DNA from: Opitutaceae bacterium
GTDB taxonomy: Bacteria > Verrucomicrobiota > Verrucomicrobiia > Opitutales > Opitutaceae
Direction of reading: 5' to 3'
NCBI GenBank assembly: GCA_044358025.1
Contig: JBIKOK010000004.1
Span: 853 to 64,852, forward strand
Length of the DNA: 64,000 nt
Below, one piece after another: positions 9,957 through 17,708 of the stretch (its first letter is position 1; the number at the start of each line of letters is the position of its first letter). The notes beneath the pieces are model-generated. The model was not told where the DNA came from, did not search any database, and saw only the letters and a program-made list of their open reading frames with translations. The position numbers and the translations under genes were made by a program.

Positions 9957-10820
9957 ATGCGACACCTCATCATCCGCTGCGCCGCGCTGCTGTTCACATC
10001 AGCCCTTGGCTTGAGCGCCGCCGAATTTCCGCCCGATCGCCTGACGACCTTCAAAACCGTCGACGGCCTCGAGCTGAAGCTGCACGCCTTCGAGCCCGCC
10101 GGCCTTAATCCCTCGGATCGCCGCGCCGCCATCGTCTTCTTTTTCGGCGGCGGCTGGAGCGGCGGCGAAGCGAAGCAGTTTTATCAACAGGCCCGCGCCC
10201 TGGCCGAGCAGGGAATGGTGGCCTTTTCCGCCGACTATCGCGTGAAGACCCGACACAAAACGACCCCCTTCGAGTGCGTGAAGGACGCCAAGTCGGCGAT
10301 CCGCTGGGTCCGCGAAAACGCCGCCACCTTGGGCATCGATCCCGACCGCATCGTGGCCGCCGGCGGGTCGGCCGGGGGTCATATCGCCACGTGCACCGCC
10401 GTCATCACCGGCGGCGACGAAACCGGCGAGAACCTCGCAATCAGCTCCGTGCCCAACGCGCTGATCCTGTTCAATCCCGTCCTCGACACGACGGAGCGGG
10501 GTTACGGCGCGAAGAATTTCAAGCCGGAGCAACAAACCGACCTGTCGCCCTGCCATCACGTCCGCCAGGGAATCGTGCCCACCCTCATTTTCCACGGCAC
10601 GGCGGACAAAACCGTGCCGTTTGAGAATGCCGAGCGTTTCACCCGCCTCATGACGGAAGCCGGCAACCCCTGCGTGCTCGTGCCCTTCGCCGGCAAGGAC
10701 CACGGCTTTTTCAACGGGAAGTTTTTCCGCCCTTCGAACTCCGGGGCCGACTACGAGCTGACGATGCAGCGCTCGGTGGAATTTCTCACCACGCACCGCT
10801 ACTTGGGTGCCCCACGCTGA
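9957..10820 (+). CDS. alpha/beta-hydrolase fold-3 esterase/lipase
   Basis: 287-aa ORF with a signal-like leader. Motifs: FFFGGGWSGG oxyanion motif, GGSAGG nucleophile elbow, and a C-terminal HGTADKTVP...DHGF catalytic region. Confidence 0.85.
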   Translation: MRHLIIRCAALLFTSALGLSAAEFPPDRLTTFKTVDGLELKLHAFEPAGLNPSDRRAAIVFFFGGGWSGGEAKQFYQQARALAEQGMVAFSADYRVKTRHKTTPFECVKDAKSAIRWVRENAATLGIDPDRIVAAGGSAGGHIATCTAVITGGDETGENLAISSVPNALILFNPVLDTTERGYGAKNFKPEQQTDLSPCHHVRQGIVPTLIFHGTADKTVPFENAERFTRLMTEAGNPCVLVPFAGKDHGFFNGKFFRPSNSGADYELTMQRSVEFLTTHRYLGAPR

Positions 10821-10900
10821 AGTCGACCCCGCGCGAGCCCGGAAATTTCACACTCACACGTGAAACCGCTACACCCTGTGACCCAACCACTCCAAGTCTT

Positions 10901-10983
10901 GTCATTGCGAGAAGCGCAGCGACGAAACAATCCATCTAGCTGGATCGCCACGCCCTCGTTCCTCGGGCTCGCGATGGCAAACC
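10901..10983. repeat. short palindromic-core repeat element (core atcc..agctggatcgcc), copy 1
   Basis: The terminal inverted repeats are gtcattgcgag and ctcgcgatggc. The core is shared with 22468..22546 (opposite orientation) and with 35655..35672. Confidence 0.6.
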
Positions 10984-11077
10984 GGAGTGCGAAAGATCCC
11001 GCGGCTGGAGCCACCATGAAACTCATACTGGCAATTCTCGCCGCAGAAACAAGCAACAGCCGCCCGGCAACCCCGCC

Positions 11078-12241
11078 ATGACTTCCACGCGGCGCTTTTT
11101 TTTCGTGCGGACGCTCGGTCTCCTTGTCGCCCTCTCCGCTCCCCTGGCCTGGGCCGCGGAAGCACCCCCGCACCTCGCATCCGCCGTCCGCCTCACCGGT
11201 TTCACGTGGGACCGCGTCCCGCTGAATCTCCACTTCGGCAAACGCACCGCCGACCTCACCAACTCCGAGATCGATTTCATCGCCGGTCACAGCCGGCTGA
11301 TCGCCCTCGAAAAAAGCCACGGCGTCACTCCGCACGGCAGCACCGAGGCCGGGATCGCTGATTCCGCCCGCCGGATCACGCAGCGCAATCCCGCGGCCAA
11401 AGTTCTCTTCTATCTCAACGCCTTCATCAACTGGCCCGGCTACGACGCCTTCAAAACCTACCGCCCCGAGTGGACGCTCCGCACCGTGAGCGGCGAGATC
11501 GTGACGCACCCCTCCGGTACGCCGCGCCCCGATCCATCCAACGCCGACTTCCGCGAGTGGTGGTCCGAAGTCGTGGCCCACGCGAATCGCACCGCCCCGC
11601 TCGGCGGCGTGTTCGTCGACGCGCTGCCGCAGGCCATTTCACCCGCTCTCGCGAAACAGGTCGGCGCCGCCAAAGCCCGCGCCATCGTGGCCGGCCTGCG
11701 CGAGATGCTCGCGCTCACGAAACGCAAACTCGGCCCCGACCGCCTCGTGCTCGCGAACGGCCTGCGCACGACGGATTTTCGCGAGATCCTCGATTGGGAA
11801 GGCATCGACGGCGTGATGATCGAGCACTTCGGCGGCTTCAAAACGGATACACCCACCGACATCAAAGCCGACCTCGACTCCGTCGCGCTCGCCGCCGCCA
11901 AAGGAAAGTTCGTCGTGATCAAGGGCTGGCCCGGCTTCAACTGGCTGGACAAGGAAATGATGCAGCGCCCTTACGCGGAGCTCCTGAAACTCGCGCGCGA
12001 GCGCCTCACGTTCCCGCTCGCCTGCTTCCTCGTCGCCGCGCAACCCGGCTCGCACTTCTGCTACTCGTGGGGCTATACGCACACCCACGGCATGCTCGAC
12101 CCCTACGCCGAATTCGACCGCCCCCTCGGCCCGCCCCAAGCCGACGCCACCTGGGTCGGCCTCACCGCCACCCGCGAATTCGCCCACGCCTCCGTCCGGG
12201 TCGACCTCACCACCCGACAAGCCCGCATCGACTGGCACTGA
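11078..12241 (+). CDS. secreted hypothetical protein, possibly a glycoside-hydrolase-like TIM-barrel protein (family uncertain)
   Basis: 387-aa ORF with leader MTSTRRFFFVRTLGLLVALSAPLAWA and coding-like codon bias. Blocks such as GGVFVDALPQ and GIDGVMIEHFGG resemble GH114/GHL-type putative hydrolases. No confident family recognition. Confidence 0.55.
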   Translation: MTSTRRFFFVRTLGLLVALSAPLAWAAEAPPHLASAVRLTGFTWDRVPLNLHFGKRTADLTNSEIDFIAGHSRLIALEKSHGVTPHGSTEAGIADSARRITQRNPAAKVLFYLNAFINWPGYDAFKTYRPEWTLRTVSGEIVTHPSGTPRPDPSNADFREWWSEVVAHANRTAPLGGVFVDALPQAISPALAKQVGAAKARAIVAGLREMLALTKRKLGPDRLVLANGLRTTDFREILDWEGIDGVMIEHFGGFKTDTPTDIKADLDSVALAAAKGKFVVIKGWPGFNWLDKEMMQRPYAELLKLARERLTFPLACFLVAAQPGSHFCYSWGYTHTHGMLDPYAEFDRPLGPPQADATWVGLTATREFAHASVRVDLTTRQARIDWH

Positions 12242-12416
12242 TCCTCTGCCACGGCAGAGTAGTGCGAAGGCAGCATGATGAAGGATGAAATGGAGTCCCC
12301 GGCAGTTCTTCATTCCTCATTCCTCCTTCTACCTTTCCTTGCTCCTCGCCTTTGGTGATTTCCTCAAACTCCGCGTCGAGCTTCGGCAACTCGGCGGCGT
12401 TCAGGGCGAGCTTGGG

Positions 12417-12632
12417 CTAAATCTTCCCCGCCTTGGCTGAATCTAAAATCTGCGTGCTATCGAAGAGCTGGCCGGGGAGGGCGCCCATGCACTCCACGAG
12501 GTCGGCCTCGATGAGGGCGCGGCGGATGTCGCCTTCGCCGGACTGGTTGGAGGACATGCTGCCATTGGCGAGGACGAAGCCGGCACGGAGATCAGGAGGG
12601 AGGTCGCGGCCCGGGGTGTTTTTGGCGAGCAT
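12417..12632 (-). pseudogene. hsdM: type I R-M methyltransferase (HsdM) C-terminal fragment, copy A
   Basis: The 71-aa ORF contains [43 protein letters not shown], a characteristic HsdM C-proximal block. The N-terminal roughly 400 aa (AdoMet-binding and NPPF regions) are absent. Its ATG overlaps the stop of the upstream KilA-N ORF (TAATG). Confidence 0.75.
12447..12596. repeat. ~150-bp direct repeat (hsdM-derived), copy A
   Basis: Aligns with 13894..14042 at about 90% identity by eye, with one 1-nt indel. The two copies are 1447 bp apart. Confidence 0.85.
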
Positions 12633-13462
12633 TACTTCAGGCGTTTGACGTTGTTGGCGGAAAGGAGCGTGCGCATCTGAGCGATCGCGATTTCGTTCAG
12701 CGTGCGGAGGCGTTCCGGCTGGGGCAGGCCTTGACGGATGAGCACGGAATTGAGGCTTTCGAGATTGGTGAGGACGACGAGCTGCTCCAGTGGGGCGTGA
12801 TCGCGGAGGTTTCCCTCAGCTTCGGGACGAGCATCGCGCCACGGTTTCGCCGTCTGGCCGAAGAGGGCGACGTTGAGCAGATCGGCTTCGTTGGCATAGA
12901 CGAGGGCGCTCTGAGCCTTGGTGATGGCGGGCGGAAGGAGCGTCTCCTTGATCGCATCGGTGTGGATGCGGTAGTTGATTTTGGCGAGGGTGCGCTGGAG
13001 GTTCCACCCGAGCTTGAGGCGGTCGTTTTCGTCGTCCTTAAGGCGTTGAAATTCCTTGATGAGGTAGAGCTTGAATTCCACCGACACCCAGGCGGCGAAC
13101 TCGAAGGCGATGTCCTTGTGGGCATAGGTGCCGCCGTAGCGGCCTGCGCTGGAAGTGATGCCGACGGCACCAGTTTTCTCAATCCACTGCTTCGGCGTGA
13201 GGACGAAGCTGTTCAAACCAGTTTACATTCTAATCCCGTCGAATTCGACGGGATTAAAACTGGGGTTGTTGAGTCGCTCCCAAACTCCGAGAAACTCTAC
13301 CGTGCTGCGGGTGCGCAGCCAGTTCCGAATCACGTCATCCGGGTGGTCGGGATTCTTGAATTTGGCGATGTCTGTCAGGCAGAAGATGTCCTGCTGGTTC
13401 TGGGAAAGCACGGTCACAGTGCCTCCCTGAACTTCGATGCTGGTGCGTTTGGCTTTGCTCAT
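12632..13462 (-). pseudogene. KilA-N domain protein gene interrupted by an in-frame TAA
   Basis: ORFs 13223..13528 and 12632..13216 are in the same frame. They read ...VEFDGIRM*TGLNSFVLTPKQWIEKTG...GRYGGTYAHKDIAFEFAAWVSVEFKLYLIKEF. The truncated paralogue at 13459..13797 reads EFEGIKNEAGRNSFFLSAKKWIE across the same point, so the TAA at 13223..13225 sits inside the coding sequence. Confidence 0.75.
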
Positions 13463-13797
13463 CGGATTGAAATGGCCGGCTGCGGTGGTAGTGCAATGAG
13501 TCCCTTGGCGCTCGTCAGCTCGATCCATTTTTTGGCCGAGAGGAAAAAACTATTCCGGCCGGCCTCATTTTTAATTCCCTCGAATTCGAGGGAGTTAAAA
13601 CTTGGTTTGTTGATGCGTTCCCACACGCCGAGGAACAGGACGGTGTCTTTATTTTTGAGCCACTGCTCGATCAGCGCGCCTGCGCCATCGAAATTCCGCA
13701 CCATGTCGGTGAGGGAAATATAGTCTCCACCCGCCTGCGACAGCATGCCGATGGCTGTGCCTTGAACGTCAATGGTGCTTCGTTTGATTTTGCTCAT
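13459..13797 (-). pseudogene. KilA-N family N-terminal fragment (second, diverged copy, truncated)
   Basis: MSKIKRSTIDVQG...FLGVWERINKPSFNSLEFEGIKNEAGRNSFFLSAKKWIELTSAKGLIA parallels the first ~100 aa of the neighbouring copy. Similarity then stops, and the KilA-N core (GRYGGTYAH...) is missing. Confidence 0.65.
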
Positions 13798-13814
13798 GGG
13801 GTGCTATGGCCGGG

Positions 13815-14151
13815 CTATCGGCTGGGGATGGTCACGGAAGCCGCTTTTGGCGTCGGCGTTTTTGTTTTTCGCGAGGAACCAGAGGCAGCCGGGAATCTGC
13901 GTGCTGTAAAAAGCTGGCCGGGGAGGGCGACCATGCAGTCCACGAGGTCGGCCTCGATGAGGGCGCGGCGGATGTCGCCTTCGCCGGATTGGTTGGAGGA
14001 CATGCTGCCACTGGCGAGGACGTAGTCGGCGCAGAGGTCAGCGGGAGGTGTTGGCGCGCTCGGGTCCGAAGTCGGCCTCGATGCCACGCAGAGCGAGGTT
14101 CATGACGGCGAGGCGACGGGTGGTGGTGGTGGAAGATTTGGCGCGTGCCAT
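13815..14151 (-). pseudogene. hsdM: HsdM fragment, copy B, with internal deletion and frameshifts
   Basis: [22 protein letters not shown] (ORF 14038..14340) continues in another frame as [41 protein letters not shown] (ORF 13815..14087). After a further 1-nt shift it reads [26 protein letters not shown]. The NPPF region between ADYVLA and GSMSSN is deleted. The N-terminal half is absent. Confidence 0.75.
13894..14042. repeat. ~150-bp direct repeat (hsdM-derived), copy B
   Basis: Aligns with 12447..12596 and carries the same internal-deletion junction (VLA-[NS]GSMSSN) in both copies. Confidence 0.85.
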
Positions 14152-14505
14152 GGGTAGGGAAAACGCTGACCAATTGCTGAACCAGCGTCGCGCCCGGTTC
14201 CCACCTGCGCAATGACTGTTTCCGGTTTTCATCTCCATGCCGGGCCGCTCGGACCACGCGCTTCCGGCGGTGCCGCGACGCCAAGGGCCTGGACCGCAGC
14301 GTTTTCCTGGTTCGCCCGAGCGGACCGCGGCCGGAGGCATCGCGCCTGCGGCCCTGCGCCCCGCACCGGCTCGGCCCGCTCCCGACTTTTCCGACTCCGC
14401 GGAGACTTGCTCGACGACTCGCGGTCACTCACGATTTTTCCCGTCGGCCTCGCGACCCAGCAAGCCCGCATCAACTGGCACCGGTCCGCGGTCCCCACTT
14501 TCCCC

Positions 14506-17500
14506 ATGCCCCTACCCCGCCCTCTTCTCCCCCTCTCTCTTTCCCTCCTTCTCGCCCTCTCCGCCATCACCGCGCTCGTCTCCGTCGGCTCGGCGCAGAC
14601 CACCGCCCACTCCACCGGCTCGATCACGGGCCGCGTGCTCGGTTCCTCCGGTGATAGCTTTCTTGAACGCGTCCGCGTCACGGTAGCGGGCACGGCGATT
14701 GAGGCCTTCACGGACGACGCCGGCTTCTACCGGCTCGACGCCGTCCCGGCGGGACCCGCGCGCCTCACCCTTTTCTACTCGGGCATGGCGCCCCACGTCG
14801 CGGTTGTGAACGTGACCTCCGGCGAGACCGCGCGGCACGACGCGACCCTGGCCTCAACCGCAATCGCGCCGACGCGATCCTCCGAGTCCGTCGTGAAGCT
14901 CGACGCCTATGTCGTCGAAACGTCGCGCGAGATGTCCGGCGCCGCCATCGCGATCAACGAGCAGCGCTTCGCGCCGAATAACAAAAACGTCGTCGCCACC
15001 GACGAACTCGGCTTCGTGCCCGAGGGCAACGTCGCCGAGTTCATCAAGTTCATGCCCGGCGTCTCGGTGGACAATGTCGGCGGCTTCGCCCGCGGCGTCT
15101 CCCTCAACGGCGTGCCGCCCGAATACGTGCCCGTCACCATCGACGGCTTCAGCGTTGCCTCCGCCAACCCCGGCGGCGGCACCGCGCGCGACGTCTCACT
15201 CGACATGCTCTCGATCAACAATCTCGCCCGCGTCGAGGTCGTGTTTTCGCCGACACCCGAGAGCCCGGGCTCCGCGCTCGCCGGCTCCGTGAACATGGTT
15301 CCGCGCAGCGCCTTCGAGCGCGTGAAGCCCGTCGTGGATTGGAACCTCTACCTCCTCATGCGCGACAACGCGCGCAATTTCAACCGGACCCCCGGCCCGC
15401 AGCGCGCCTCGACCCGCAAGGTCCATCCCGGTTTCGATTTCACCTACCTCAGACCGGTGAACAAGAATTTCGGTTTCACCCTTTCCGCCGGCACCTCGAA
15501 GAATTTCCTCAACCAGGACTTCATCCAAAACACGTGGCGCGGCGCGAGTGCCGCCACCAACGGCACGACGTTTCCCAACACGCCGCTCGACCAGCCGTAT
15601 CTCTCGTCCACCGCCGTGCGCGACAATACCAAGGACAGCACGCGCAATTCTTTCAGCACCACGCTCGACGCCCGGCTCGGACCCGCCGACCGGCTCACCT
15701 TCGGGTTTCAATTCAGCACGACCGCCTTCGCCAACATGAGCCGCACGCTCACGCTCAACGTCGGCGCGACCGATGTCGGCGGCTTCACGCCGTTCGCGAC
15801 GCGCGGCCGCACCGGCGCCGGCACACTCGTCCTCGCGAATGTCGGCCAGACCCGCGACAACCGCACCGTCATGCCCACGCTCACGTGGCGCCACGCCGGC
15901 CCGATCTGGCGCGCTGAGGCCGGGCTCGGGTATTCGCGCGCCAGCCACACGCTCCGCAACATGGACCGCGGGCTCTTCAACAACACGACCGCCCAGCGCA
16001 CCGGCGTCACCATCTCGTTCGCTGACGTTTTTTATCTTCGCCCCAACATGATCACCGTCACCGAAGGCGCGACCGCCACACCCGTCGATCCCTACAAGCT
16101 CGCCAACTACGCGCTGCTCTCCACCACCGGCAGCGAGCAGCACAACTCCGACACGCAGCGCACCGCCTACGCCAACCTCCGCCGCGCCTTCGACTGGCGC
16201 GCGCCCGTCGTCTTCAAGACCGGATTCGACGTCCGCCGCTCCCAGCGCGATCTCCAGGGCTTCACGTCGTCCTTCAACTATGCCGGCCCCGATGGCCGCC
16301 CGAGCACGACGCTCGCCGGCGGCGACGACACGGCGCTGCCCTTCCTCGACGCCGGCGCCGCCACGCGCGTCGCGCCCTTCGGCTTCCCGCGCATCGAGTG
16401 GATCAGCAACGAAGCCGTGCTCGAATCCTACCGGAGAAATCCCGCGCACTTCGTCCCGAATGCCAACGCCGAGTATCGTTCCATCGTCAGCGCCTCGAAG
16501 TTCGCCCAGGAAACGATTTCCTCCGCCTACCTGCGCGGCGACATCGAACTGTTGCAACGCCGGCTGAAACTCATCGGCGGCCTCCGCGCCGAGCAGACCA
16601 ACGTCACCGCCGACGGTCCGCTCAACGACCCGACCCGCAATTTCCAGCGCGACGCCTCCGGTCGCGTCATCACCGTGCCCAGCCCCACGCCCGCCGATCC
16701 CGCCCGCCGCGTGACGGTGCCCATCACCACCGACGCGCTCGGCGCCTCCCGGCTCACCTTCCTCGAGCGCCGCACCCAGACCGAGAAGGAATACCTCCGC
16801 TTCTTCCCCAGTCTCAACGCGAGCTACCACGTGCGCGAAAATCTCATCGCCCGCGCGGCCGCCTATCAGTCCGTCGGCCGCCCCAATCTCAACCAATACG
16901 CCGGCGGCGTCACCCTGCCCGACACCGAGAGCCCAGCCGGCCCCGCCAACCGCATCGTCGTCAACAACGCCGGCATCAAAGCCTGGACCGCCCGCACCGT
17001 GAACGCCCGCCTCGAATATTATTTTCAAGGCGTGGGCCAGATTTCCATCGGCGGTTTCCGCCGCGACTACAAAAATTTCTTCGAGGCCGTGACGTTCCGC
17101 GCGCCGGCGGAGTTCTTCGAACTCTACGGCATCGATCCGTCCGTTTACGGCGGCTTCGATGTCGCCACGCAGCGCAACATCCCCGGCACGGTGAAAACCA
17201 GCGGCGTCGATTTCAGCTACAAGCAGGCCCTCACCATGCTTCCGCCGTGGGCACGCGGCGTGCAGGTCTTCGCCAACGCCAGCGCCCAGCGGGTGACCGG
17301 TGAGGCTTCGGATAATTTCTACGGCTACGTGCCGCGCACCTACAGCTGGGGCGCGAGCCTGACCCGCCAAAAATTCAACCTGCGCGCCAACTGGAACTAT
17401 CGCGGTCGCCAGCGCACGGGTGGCGGCTTGGCCACCGATCCCCAGAGCTTCACGTGGAACTCCAAAAAGCTGAACCTCGACCTCCAAGGAGAGTATTTTC

Positions 17501-17658
17501 TCCGACGCGGCTTCGCGCTCTTCGCCAATCTCCGCAACGTCAACGACGCCACCGAAGACGTCGAGATCACCGGCCCCCTCACCCCCGCCCACGCCCAGTT
17601 CCGCAGCCGCCAGGACTTCGGCTCGCTCTGGACGATTGGTTTCAAGGGGAATTTCTAA
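14506..17658 (+). CDS. TonB-dependent outer-membrane receptor with carboxypeptidase-regulatory-like N-domain (paralogue 1)
   Basis: Start at the internal ATG 14506, giving leader MPLPRPLLPLSLSLLLALSAITALVSVGSAQT. CarbopepD_reg-like block GSITGRVLGSSGD...VTVAGT...TDDAGFYRLDAVPAG. Plug block AIAINEQRFAPNN...EFIKFMPGV. C-terminal beta-barrel ending FGSLWTIGFKGNF. Upstream track residues are non-coding read-through. Confidence 0.9.
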   Translation: MPLPRPLLPLSLSLLLALSAITALVSVGSAQTTAHSTGSITGRVLGSSGDSFLERVRVTVAGTAIEAFTDDAGFYRLDAVPAGPARLTLFYSGMAPHVAVVNVTSGETARHDATLASTAIAPTRSSESVVKLDAYVVETSREMSGAAIAINEQRFAPNNKNVVATDELGFVPEGNVAEFIKFMPGVSVDNVGGFARGVSLNGVPPEYVPVTIDGFSVASANPGGGTARDVSLDMLSINNLARVEVVFSPTPESPGSALAGSVNMVPRSAFERVKPVVDWNLYLLMRDNARNFNRTPGPQRASTRKVHPGFDFTYLRPVNKNFGFTLSAGTSKNFLNQDFIQNTWRGASAATNGTTFPNTPLDQPYLSSTAVRDNTKDSTRNSFSTTLDARLGPADRLTFGFQFSTTAFANMSRTLTLNVGATDVGGFTPFATRGRTGAGTLVLANVGQTRDNRTVMPTLTWRHAGPIWRAEAGLGYSRASHTLRNMDRGLFNNTTAQRTGVTISFADVFYLRPNMITVTEGATATPVDPYKLANYALLSTTGSEQHNSDTQRTAYANLRRAFDWRAPVVFKTGFDVRRSQRDLQGFTSSFNYAGPDGRPSTTLAGGDDTALPFLDAGAATRVAPFGFPRIEWISNEAVLESYRRNPAHFVPNANAEYRSIVSASKFAQETISSAYLRGDIELLQRRLKLIGGLRAEQTNVTADGPLNDPTRNFQRDASGRVITVPSPTPADPARRVTVPITTDALGASRLTFLERRTQTEKEYLRFFPSLNASYHVRENLIARAAAYQSVGRPNLNQYAGGVTLPDTESPAGPANRIVVNNAGIKAWTARTVNARLEYYFQGVGQISIGGFRRDYKNFFEAVTFRAPAEFFELYGIDPSVYGGFDVATQRNIPGTVKTSGVDFSYKQALTMLPPWARGVQVFANASAQRVTGEASDNFYGYVPRTYSWGASLTRQKFNLRANWNYRGRQRTGGGLATDPQSFTWNSKKLNLDLQGEYFLRRGFALFANLRNVNDATEDVEITGPLTPAHAQFRSRQDFGSLWTIGFKGNF

Positions 17659-17708
17659 AGCACGTATCGACTGGCACTGATCTGCCCCGCCACTTTCACC
17701 CATCCCCC

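Noticed and set aside
12242-12416. ORF 12207..12389 (-, 60 aa; ...AELPKLDAEFEEITKGEEQGKVEGG...) as a possible small antitoxin or the HsdM extreme C-terminus.
   Set aside because: There is no recognisable family signature. It overlaps a short ttcattcctcattcc / ttcatccttcatc-type repeat tract and the end of the upstream plus-strand gene. At most it is another relic of the eroded R-M island.
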